Source: Mobula hypostoma (Eukaryota). Taken from it: DNA of 64,000 bases. The stretch is from assembly GCF_963921235.1 (NCBI RefSeq), contig NC_086097.1, positions 145,950,001 through 146,014,000 of the forward strand. The letters run 5' to 3'. The translations under genes were made by a program, and so were the position numbers. A model generated the notes under the pieces. That model was not told the origin of the DNA, made no database searches, and saw only the letters and a list, made by a program, of their open reading frames with translations. How positions within the stretch are numbered: position 1 is the first letter of the stretch; each line of letters starts with the position of its first letter. Positions 50,291-61,350 of this stretch are shown one piece after another.

Positions 50291-52210
50291 CTGGTTTCTG
50301 TGGCCCTTCTTTCTTTTCTCTCTTCTCTGAGAGAAGAGCCAAAGTATTACTAAGCTACCAATCCTAGTGCAAAATTATGGTGATCCAATTATGGTGTTAT
50401 AATTATGAAATGATATTTTTATTTCCTATCTTTCCCAAAACATTTACTGTTTTCCTAATGTATTTATTTATTGAGATACAAAATGGAATTGGCTCTTCTG
50501 GCCCTTCAGCTGTGCTGCCCAGCAACTCCGGGATTAATCTGAGAATTCCTTTGCTCAAGTTGCTTTGAGGATATCAATGCATCTTAGATTACTTATCCAA
50601 TAACCTGCTCAGCTCTATTTTGGAAGTTCCCATTTCTTACAGTATTGTTTAGTCAATATTTTTTACTTCATGATCTTGGGAATATATAAAATATTGAAAT
50701 ACTCTGAATAGCAAAGTCTAGAAAAAAATTAGTATTTTACATGTTTGTAGACAAACAAGAGTGATAAAAATCCTGCTCATCTGGTACCTATATTTTTTGG
50801 TTAAAAACATATCCAGACTAAAAATTAACAATCTATGCAGAAATACTATTTTTGTTTCTAACAAGTTGTGCTTTCCAAGACGCATTTCAAATTTCTAATG
50901 AGGAAAGCTTCTGCTGACAGTGAGCTAGTCAATTGAAAACTACTATCATTTTCAACTGAACCGTTGCATTCTTGATTGCCATCCAATGTTCGTTGCTTGA
51001 AAATACACATGAAATTAAATAATAATAGGTGTTTACTTGACAGAAAAAAATGCTTGTGTAGTTGACAACACAAGGTAACAGACCTTCATGACAGAACATC
51101 ATCTGGTAGGGATTGGCAGAGTGCCTTAAAGAACCAGCCACCATAGTGCAGCTGACAGATGCTCACAAGCTATTGCGGGATTTTAACCTTCAGCTGCTTT
51201 GTAACCACGTCTCTGACAACAGACTGCGGTCATTCAACAACACAGTAAAATAGATCAGACACAGAGGGGCAGATACACAGTTGCATCAGAACCTAACACA
51301 TTACATAGGCAGCTGAATCCAACCCTACACTTTCCACTGCTAGCTACATTACACAGGGTGAGAAAAGGCATACAAGTCTTGAATGTAAACTATTGACAAG
51401 AAAGCATTTAATCTCAAACAGCAGCAAAATGATAGGTGCAATAGTAAGGTGAACATATAAGTAAGAAACTGTATCATTATACATGAATGTGAAGCTGTCA
51501 AAGCTTGTGGGGAAGGAAACTGACCATTTTAACCTCATCATGGTGGTGGTACTTAATTTCCATCTGAAGTAGTGGAGCAAACCACCCAGTTGTGTCAAAT
51601 TGCTACCAGAGATAGGAGTTGCAGAGCAATGAGGGGATCCTTTGAAAAATCAAAGAAGAATTTGGAGGGGAAAGGAAATAAGTGAGAATGATAATTTTAG
51701 CTGTGAAGAATTGTATTTTATTTCCACCTCAGATGAGATCAAATGGCTTCATTTAGTCTTCATTACTAGGCAAGTGCTTATTTAAACTAAAATTCACTGC
51801 ACACCAAAGCAAGACAATTGCATGAAACTTTAAATTGTTATAAATACACAGACTGAAAGCAATCTGAGGTTCTGGGCATTTTATTTTGTATGCTGGGTCA
51901 TTTTGAACTGCGGATGAAAGACTATCAGATCAGCTCAGTTGCCTGGCTTAGACTGAGCAGCAGGGTCCAAACTGGGGAGCCATGGGGTCAAACTGTGGTT
52001 ATGCTGATTCTGGTTTGTGGTTTAGATTGGGGCCTTAGGTGAGGACAGGTATGCAGATCAGAAGTCCCAGAATTTGAACCAGTGGCAGCAACAGGGGATT
52101 AGTGGGTTGAATTGAGGTGATGATGGAATTGGGGCTTGAGTTGCAGGGTTTGAGGTATCATCCCTACCATGGGGTATGCAATGCCTGGACAAAACGAGAG
52201 GAGTAATGGA

Positions 52211-52905
52211 AGCAACATACATCAAAGTTGCTGGTGAACGCAGCAGGCCAAGCAGCATCTATAGGAAGAGGTGCAGTCGACGTTTCAGGCCGAGACCCTT
52301 CGTCAGGACTAACTGAAGGAAGAGTGAGTAAGGGATTTGAAAGTTGGAGGGGGAGGGGGAGATCCAAAATGATAGGAGAAGACAGGAGGGGGAGGGATAG
52401 AGCCAAGAGCTGGACAGGTGATTGGCAAAAGGGGATACGAGAGGATCATGGGACAGGAGGTCCGGGAAGAAAGACAAGGGGGGGGGTGACCCAGAGGATG
52501 GGCAAGAGGTATATTCAGAGGGACAGAGGGAGAAAAAGGAGAGTGAGAGAAAGAATGTGTGTATAAAAATGAGTAACAGATGGGGTACGAGGGGGAGGTG
52601 GGGCCTTAGCGGAAGTTAGAGAAGTCGATGTTCATGCCATCAGGTTGGAGGCTACCCAGACGGAATATAAGGTGTTGTTCCTCCAACCTGCGTGTGGCTT
52701 CATCTTTACAGTAGAGGAGGCCGTGGATAGACATGTCAGAATAGAAATGGGATGTGGAATTAAAATGTGTGGCCACTGGGAGATCCTGCTTTCTCTGGCG
52801 GACAGAGCGTAGATGTTCAGCAAAGCGGTCTCCCAGTCTGCGTCGGGTCTCACCAATATATAAAAGGCCACATCGGGAGCACCGGACGCAGTATATCACC
52901 CCAGT
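52211..52905 (-). mobile_element. Young Penelope-like element 3' fragment (GIY-YIG endonuclease, UTR, pseudo-LTR)
   Basis: ORF 52606-52920 GVIYCVRCSRCGLLYIGETRRRLGDRFAEH..HF..RRLEEQHLI..L..LQPDGMN. Confidence 0.93.
52275..52310 (-). ncRNA. Minimal type I hammerhead ribozyme, intact core
   Basis: AGUC-CUGACGA-AGG gucucgg CCU-GAAAC-GUC/GACU: stem I AGUC:GACU, 3-bp stem II, palindromic minimal stem III. Confidence 0.85.
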
Positions 52906-53400
52906 AGTCCAAAATGGCAAAAGTGCTGTTAAAACATTACTCTGAGTGCGCTTAATGACAAGAGAACCTCAGAACCAGGTGAATTAATTACCTGGGCCAC
53001 ACTCTAAAGCATATTACACAGGAAAATCATTTCATTGTATGTGAGTTGCTCACATAAATCAGGTACAATGGAGACATAAGAGATTGCAGCAACACAAAGT
53101 CTGCTGGAGGAACCTGGTGGGTGAAGTAGCACCTGTGAGAGGAAAGGAATTGTTGACATTTCATGTTGAAACACTGCCTCGGGAATGCCTGGTTGAATTT
53201 CTAGACTGGTGCAATTTATATATAACAGAGAATAGTACAGCACAGGAGAAGGCCCTTGGGCTCACCATGTCTGGGTTGAACACAATGTCAAACTAAACTA
53301 AATTCCTTCTACCTGCACATGGTCCCTATCCCTCCATTCCCTGCATATTTATATGTCTATCTAAAAGCCTCTTAAACACCGCTATTGTTTCCACCATTAC

Positions 53401-53593
53401 TGTTGTGACTGATCTAAGTAACCAGAGAGACACTGAAGCTGATGACGTAGAAGTCTTTATTCATCACACAAGCAGACATACATTCTTCTGGAGAGACACC
53501 CGATAAGGTTGTCCAAACTTAAAGTACATCATGTTTTTATACCCTTAAGATCAAAGGTAACTGTAAGTGATTCAATATAATGTCCAATATAAC
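53401..53593 (-). repeat. Possible solo LTR
   Basis: Minus strand GTTATATTG...TATAAAAA...AATAAA...CACAACA; no TSD confirmed. Confidence 0.4.
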
Positions 53594-55380
53594 TTGGATT
53601 AGACATTGGCTTTGTGGGAGAAGCCAGAGGGTGGTAGTAGAGGGTTGTCTCTCTGACTGGAGACCTGTGACTGGTGGAGTGTCGCAGGGATCGGCGCTGG
53701 GACCTTTGTTGTTTGTCATCTGTATCAATGATCTGGATGATAATGTGGTTAAATGGATCAGCATATTTGCTGGTGACACCAAAACTGGGGGTATAGTGGG
53801 CAGTGAAAAAGGCTATCAGGGCTTGCAGCGGGATCTGCATCAGCTGGAAAAATAGGCTGAAAAGATGGTAGATGGAATCTAATGCAGACAAATGTGAGGT
53901 TTTGCAGTTCAGTAGGACCAACCAAGGCAGGTCTTACACAGTGAATGGTAGGGCACTGAGGAGTGTGGTAGAGGAAAGGGCTCTGGGAGTACAGGTACAT
54001 AATTTATTGAAAGTGCTATCAGAGGTAGATAGGGGAATTAAGAAAGCATTTGGTGCATTGGCCTTCATAAATCAATGCATCAAGTACAGAAGGTGGGATG
54101 TTATGTTGGAGTTACATAGGATGTTGGTGAGGCCTAATTTGGAGTACTGTGTGCAGGTTTGGTCACCTACTCCTACAGGAAAGATGTATACAAGGTTCAA
54201 AGGTTCATTTATTGTCAAAGCATGTATCCATAATCAACTTAGAATTTGTGTTTTCCAGATAGCCACAAAAACAAGAAAGAATATGAAAGTTATTCAGAAA
54301 GAAACATCAAACCCACCTCCTCCATACAAAAAAGAACAGTGTCCTGGTCATCAAACCACACCCCCCAAAACACCCTTCCCCTCACACAAAATGGAACAGG
54401 AAAATTGACCCCCCCCAAAAAAACCCTCCCCTATACAAAAAATGAACAGCATCCCAATCATCAACCCTCAAAACACCCCTCTCCCCACACAAAATGAAAT
54501 GGGAAAATTGACCGCCCCAAAAAATACAACCCCTCCCCTGCACAAAAAATGAACAGAATACAACAGAACATCAAACACCCTGCCCTCACACAACAAAACG
54601 GAAAAGGAACAGGCATTAAAAAAAAACACAGAACTTAAAAACCATTAGTGTGAAAAGTCCACTGTCCAAAATGCAACAGTCAATTCCATAAACGCAGAAC
54701 CATGATACCATCCTACAATATCACCAGCATTCTTCGAAAGAGAGGGACACCACATGAGGCAGAGAGGCCTACCTGTCTGCCACAGTGAGCCACACAGTGA
54801 TAGGCCACTCACAGAATCCTTCTCCAGCAGCGATCAACAAGCAGGCAGTTGACACTGAAACTTTAGCTTGCTTGTGCATTCGCCTCGATGTCTCAATCTG
54901 CCTCTTCGCTTTAATCAGCTATTAATGGATGGTTAAATGGTAAAATGAAGTCAAGCATCTGCTGGCATCCCATCTCAAAGTTTTTTTCCCCATTGAGGCT
55001 GACTGGGTACACGCTCACTTCCCAATATCTTCTTGGAGACAGCAAAGTGCTGGATCACTGAAATGATCCCAGACAGTAAATCACAGGCTCTAACTCTAAT
55101 AGTCCCAGAAACACATTTAAAGTGAAAAACGGAAATAAAAGACGTTAAAAGGGTTTTTTTGTGAACTGTCTGAATGATGTCGTCTGAGGGAGCAGTGTTC
55201 ATTGTACGCTGGTGCCATCTTGAGCGGATTGGAATTCTGAAAGAGTATAGAGAAAATTTACAAGGATGTTGCTGGGTCTGGAGGACCTGAGTTATAAGGA
55301 AAGATTGAATAGGTTAGAACTGTATTCTTTAGAACGTAGGAGATTGAGAGGAGATTTGATAGAGGTATACAAAATTAAGT
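53594..55380 (+). mobile_element. CR1 RT fragment interrupted at 54192-55225
   Basis: WRPVTGGVSQGSALGPLLFVICINDLD, FAGDTKTGG, LVRPNLEYCVQVWSP; resumes at ~55237 (GAAAGAGTATAGAGAAAATTTACAAGGATG). Confidence 0.88.
54192..55225 (-). mobile_element. ~1-kb non-coding retroposon with CAAGATGGCACC head, internal ~100-bp tandem repeat and Rex1-like tail
   Basis: Inserted within CR1; tail AATAAATGAACCTTTGAACCTT; tandem units at 54305-54600. Confidence 0.65.
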
Positions 55381-57680
55381 GGGGGTGCTGTCCATCATCA
55401 AGGAGCCCCACCATCTAGGTCATGTTCTCTTCTCCTTACAGTACTGCTAAGGAAGAAGGTACAGGAGCTTCATGCCCCACACCACCAGGTTCAGGAACAG
55501 TTATTATCCTACAACACCAGAGCCCTGAACCGGCACAGATTGCTTCATTTGCCTCAACTCTGAGCTGATTCCACAGCCTATAGACTCACATCGAAGGACT
55601 CTACAACTCATGTTCTCAGAATTATTTATTTACTTATTTGCACAATTTATTTTCTTTTGCACATTAGTTGTTTGTCAATCTTTATGTGTAGGTTTTATGC
55701 AGTGGGTCCAGGTTTTACTCAGGCAGGAGCTAATTCTAGCCATGACCAGCCTCTCAAAACACGTCGTCAGTGGATGTGAGTGCTACTGGGTGATAGTCAT
55801 TGAGGCAGCTCACCATTCTCTTCTTGGGTATCAGTGTGATTGATGCCCTTTTCAAGCAGTTGGGAACCTCTGACTGCAGTAGTGAGAGACTGAAGATGTC
55901 CTTGAACATGTTAACCAGTTGGTTAGCACAGAATGTCAATGCTCTGCCAGGCACACCCTTGTGGCCTAATGGCATGCGACGGTTCACCTTCTTGAAAGAT
56001 GTTCTATAATTGGCCTCCAAGACAGATAACACACTACTACTACGTCGACTCAGGCCTAGGGGGCTGGTGTCAGGCATGATGACAGAATCTCCACTTCTCC
56101 CTCTCCCTCACCAGTGTGTTCAGTTCGTCTACATTAGCCACTCTGCTGTCTTCTAGGAGCGTGTTGATAACACAGAATTACTGGATCCTGCAGGGATTCA
56201 CACGGTTATAGTTTTTCCCCCTTTGAAAGCATGCATAAAAGGCATTAAATTCATCGGGAAGTGAAGCATCACAGCCATTTATAAAGTTAGGTTTGTCTTA
56301 TAGAAAGTAACGGACTGCAAACCGTACCATAGCTGATGTGCAACAGTTTGTGTCTCTAACTTCACTTGGAATTTCCTTTTTTTTCCTCTCACAACAGTCT
56401 TCTGTAAGTGCTGACATTTGAGTGGGTCCAAAGAACGTTCACGGAAATGATTCCCAGAAATGAAAGGGTTAGTGTACGAAGAAAGTTTGAACTCCCAGGG
56501 CCTGTGCTCACTGGAGTTTAGAAGAATGGGGGAGATTTTACTGAAACCTATTGAATGTTGAAAGGCCTGGATAAAGTGAACAGTCTCCAATACTGGGAGA
56601 GTCTAGGACCAGAAAGCATAGCCTTATAATAGGGGGACATTCCTTTAAAACAAAGATGAAGAGGAATTTCTTTTGCCAGTATGTGGTGTATCTGTGGAAT
56701 TCATTGTCACAGGTGGCTGTGGAGGCCAATTCATTGGATATTTTTAAAGCAGAGGTTGATATACTCTTGATTAGTCAGGGCATCAAAGGTTATGGGGAGA
56801 AGGCAGGAGAGTGAGGTTGAGTGGGATATCAAATCAGCCTGGATGGAATAAAAGAGCCGACTCAATGGGTTAAACAGCCTAATTCTGCTCCTGTATTTTA
56901 TAGTTTTATAATCTTACATCTGGATTTCCTGTAGGTCTGGATCACCAGTCTTGAATGAACAGATGCAGCTCTCAGAAGACTGCAAATCTCCTAATTCATC
57001 AATGGCTTCTGGTTTTGGTATGTCTGGTACATTCATGAAGGCACACGCTCACCCACACAGGTCTTGAGGTCTTGATAAAGTCAATGACGAATGTGGCATA
57101 TTCATTGGGATCGGATTTGAAGATGAATCCCTGAATAGCGATTAAAAATAGTCCTGCAAGTGCTCTTCTGCCTCCTTTGTCTGTACCTTTGTAGTCCTCA
57201 CCACTGGAGCGGTGGTCCTCAGTTTCTGCCTGAATGCCAGCTTCCCTGCCCATGGCCACAAGAAACTGCAGTAGACACAGCTCAGTACATTACAGGAACC
57301 AGCCTCCTCTCCATGGACTCTCTCTACACCTCTTGCTGCCACAGCGAAACAGCCAGCATAATGAAAGGCCTCACCCACCCTGGATATTGCTTTTACACCT
57401 CCCATTGGGGAGAAGATACAAAAGGCCAAAAGCACCTACCACCAGGCTCAAGGACAGCTTCTATACCACTGTTCTAAAATTATTGTATGTTCCCTAGTAT
57501 GATAAGATGCACTCTTGACTTTACAACCTACCTCGTTGTGACCTTCTGTCTTATTGTCTAGCTCAACTACATTCTCTCTGTAACTGTTTTTCCTTGCCCT
57601 ACCTCAATACACTGTTATAATGAACTGATGCATATGAACCGTTTGTAAGACAAGTTAATCAAATGACAATAATCAACCAA
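55381..57680. mobile_element. Patchwork: Rex1-like plus (55381-55695), Rex1-like minus (55697-56390 and 56915-57150) split by a CR1 3' end (56400-56912), Rex1-like plus (57225-57680)
   Basis: Minus ORF 55754-56077 FKKVNRR..GVPGRAL..CANQL..LNDYHPVALTS; CR1 3'UTR similarity; LPLGRRYKRPKAPTTRLKDSFY. Confidence 0.75.
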
Positions 57681-58850
57681 TCTATGAATAACATCTCATT
57701 ATTAAATATGCATCTTTCTTAAACATAGTACTGAAAAATTGCTCTTGTAAGTATTTTGGCCAATATTTCAGATACCGTTGATATGAAATCTGATAAAAAG
57801 TATTGGCTAGTTTGCTTTGAAAACACACCTCCATCCTTTCATGCTTTAACATCCGTACTTCTCTGAGACCTGTTGGAATAAATTCAAACAAATAACATTA
57901 TTCTTTTGTACATTATTCTTTTGTTCATTATTCATTTTTCTATTTATTTTCAGAGAGTTTTGGTCCTATAGTAAGAGCATTCATCAGTATCAGAGTGCTT
58001 ACATCCTAAATTAGAAGGAAGGGAGGTTTATATACAGTTGATCTGTGCTGTGGTAATCTGAAGCAGTGTTCAATTTTCCAAACAAGTGTTTTTGGGAATA
58101 CAAAGGCAGCTCAGTAATAGTCCTGTGATGGAATATTTATAAATGAGCGTGAAATGATGGAAAGTGTAAACATAGTAAAGGAAGAAATTTAGAGTACAAT
58201 TAACGTAGGAAGTGTCATTCTGCCCTTCCTCCTTCACCTCATTTTTACCCTCCCTTGTATGTGTCCAGGAAAAAGACGCAGGCAGGAAAAACTGCGGACG
58301 TAACTCAGCCTGAAAACTACCTGGGAAAGTTCCTTTCTGAAAAGTGCTATAGGGCTACGATAAACTGTGCATAAAAAACTGACAAACAGGAAAGTGTTGA
58401 AAGGATACAGCCCAGTCCATCACAGGCAAAACCCTCTCCTTCACTGAGTACATTTACATGGAGTGCTGCCACAAGAAGCCAGCATCGGTCATCAAAGACA
58501 CCCCACCATCTTGGCCATTCCGTCTTCCCGTACAAATTTTGGGGAGGACATACAGAAGCCTTTAGTTCCACACCAGCAGGTTCAGGAACAGTTGTTTTCC
58601 TATAACCATCAAGCTCCTGAATTGGTATGCCTTTAACCAGCACTACTGTCAACTGATTCTTAGACCTACTTTTCCAAAGCTTCTTTACAATTCATGTTCT
58701 CAGTATTATGTTATTAGCAGTTTGCCTTCTTTTGCACATTGATTGTTTGTCAGTCTTTGTCCTTCTATGTATAGTTTTTTGTAAATTCTATTGTATTTCC
58801 TTTTTCCCTGTAAATGCCTGTGTAATGTCCTGGTTCATGTTTTTTACTGT

Positions 58851-61350
58851 CGACGTTTCAGGCCGAGACCCTTCGCCAGGACTAACTGAAGGACTAGTTA
58901 GTAAGAGTTTTGAAAGTGGGAGGGGAGGGGAGATCCAAAATGATAGGAGAAGACAGGAGGGGAAGAGATAGAGCCAAGAGCTGGACAGGTGATTGGCAAA
59001 AGGGATATGAGAGGATCATGGGACAGGTGGTCTGGGAAGAAAGACGGTGGGGGGGAACCCAGAGGATGGGCAAGGGGTATATTCAGAGGGACAGAGGGAG
59101 AAAAAGGAGAGAGAGAGAAAGAATGTGTGTATAAAAATAAACAACGGATGGGGTACGAGGGGGAGGTGGGGCATTAGCGGAAGTTAGAGAAGTCAATGTT
59201 CATGCCATCAGGTTGGAGGCTACCTAGACGGAATATAAGGTGTTGTTCCTCCAACCTGAGTGTGGCTTCATCTTTACAGTAGAGGAGGCTGTGGATAGAC
59301 ATGTCAGAATGGGAATGGAATGTGGAATTAAAATGTATGGCCACTGGGAGATCCTGCTTTCTCTGGCGGACAGAGCGTAGGTGTTCAGCAAAGCGGTCTC
59401 CCAGTCTGCATCGGGTCTCGCCAATATATAGAAGGCCATATCGGGAGCACCGGACACAGTATATCACCCCAGTCGATTCACAGGTGAAGTGTCGCCTCAC
59501 CTGGAAGGACTGTCTGGGGCCCTGAATGGTGGTAAGGGAGGAAGTGTAAGGGCATATGTAGCACTTGTTCCGCTTACAAGGGTAAGTGCCAGGAGGGAGA
59601 TCAGTGGAAAGGGACGGGGGGGGGACGAATGGACAGGGGAGTCGCGTAGGGAGCGATCCCTGCGGAAAGCAGAGAGACTGGGGGAGGGAAAGATGTGCTT
59701 GGTGGTGGGATCCCGTTGGAGGTGGCGGAAGTTACGGAGAATAATATGTTGGATCCGGAAGCTGGTGGGGTGGTAGGTGAGGACCAGGGGAACCCTATTC
59801 CTAGTGGGGTGGCGGGAGGATGGAGTGAGAGCAGATGTGCGTGAAATGGGGGAGATGCGTCTGAGAGCAGGGTTGATGTTGGAGAAAGGGAAGCCCCTTT
59901 CTTTAAAAAAGGAGGACATCTCCCTCGTCCTAGAATGAAAAGCCTCATTCTGAGAGCAGATGCCGCGGAGACGGAGGAATTGCAAGAAGGGGATGGCATT
60001 TTTGCAAGAGACAGGGTGAGAGGAGGAATAGTCCAGATAGCTGTGAGTCAGTAGGCTTATAGTAGACATCAGTGGATAAGCTGTCTCCAGAGACAGAGAC
60101 GGAGGAATTGCGAGAAGGGGTGGCATTTTTGCAAGAGACAGGGTGATCTGCTCTCAGGATGAGGCTTTTCATTCCAGGACGAGGGAGATGTCCTCCTTTT
60201 TTAAAGAAAGGGGCTTCCTTTCCTCCAACATCAACTCTGCTCTCAAAAGCATCTCCCCCATTTCACGCATATCTGCTCTCACTCCATCCTCCTGCCACCC
60301 CACTAGGAATAGGGTTCCCCTGGTCCTCACCTACCACCCCACCAGCCTCCGGGTCCAACATATTATTCTCCGTAACTTCCGCCACCTCCAACGGGATCCC
60401 ACCACTGAGCACATCCTTCCCTCTTCCCCTTCTCTGCTTTCCGCAGGGATCGCTCCCTACACAACTCCCTTGTACATTCGTCCCCCCCATCCCTCCCCAC
60501 TGATCTCCCTCCTGGCACTTATCCTTGCAAGCAGAACAAGTGCTACACATGTCCTTACACTTCCTCCCTTACCACCATTCAGGGCCCCAGACAGTCCTTC
60601 CAGATGAGGCGACACTTCACCTGAGAGTTGGCTGGGGTGATATACTGCGTCTGCTGCTCCCGATGTGGCCTTCTATATATTGGCGAGACCCGACGCAGAC
60701 TGGGAGACCGCTTTTCTGAACACCTACACTCTGTCCGCCAGAGAAAGCAGGATCTCCCAGTAGCCACACATTTAAATTCCACATCCCATTCCCATTCTGA
60801 CATGTCTATCCACGGCCTCCTCTACTGTAAAGGTGAAGCCACACTCAGGTTGGAGGAACGACACCTTATATTCTGTCTGGGTAGCCTCCAACCTGATGGC
60901 ATGAACATCGACTTCTCTAACTTCTGCTAATGCCCCACCTCCCCCTCGTACCCCATGCATTATATATTTTTATACATACATTCTTTCCCTCACTCTCCTT
61001 TTTCTCCCTCTGTCCCTCTGACTATACCCCTTGCCCATCCTCTGGGTTCCCCCCCCCACCTTGTCTTTCTCCCTGGACCTCCTGTCCCATGATCCTCTCA
61101 TATCCCCTTTGCCAATCACCTGTCCAGCTCTTGGCTCCATCCCTCTCCCTCCTGTCTTCTCCTATCATTTTGGATATCCCCCTCCCCCTCCCAAATCTCT
61201 TACTCACTCTTCCTTCAGTTAGTCCTGACGAAGGATCTCGGCCTGAAACGTCGACTGTACCTCTTCCTACAGATGCTGCCTGGCCTGCTGCGTTCACCAG
61301 CAACTTTGATGTGTGTTGCTTGAATTTCCAGCATCTGCAGAATTCCTGTT
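58851..61350. mobile_element. Inverted (head-to-head) double Penelope insertion: minus arm 58851-~60100, plus arm 60146-61350
   Basis: Both arms encode the RT thumb/linker and GIY-YIG (59174-59500 minus; 60628-60930 plus). 18-bp TSD GTTCATGTTTTTTACTGT at 58833-58850 and 61351-61368. Confidence 0.93.
61221..61256 (+). ncRNA. Minimal type I hammerhead ribozyme, intact core; predicted cleavage after 61252
   Basis: AGUC-CUGACGA-AGG aucucgg CCU-GAAAC-GUC/GACU. Confidence 0.85.

Noticed and set aside
50858..51340. Host exons on the minus strand
   Set aside because: Frames checked by eye close quickly, with no recognisable protein and no convincing donor sites.
54305..54600. CRISPR-like array
   Set aside because: Whole units repeat with no unique spacers; eukaryotic context; no cas genes.
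59174..60930. GIY-YIG nucleases as homing endonucleases or a prokaryotic RT-nuclease defence system
   Set aside because: The context (RT thumb, CxxC insert, pseudo-LTR, TSD, vertebrate repeats) identifies Penelope-like retroelements.
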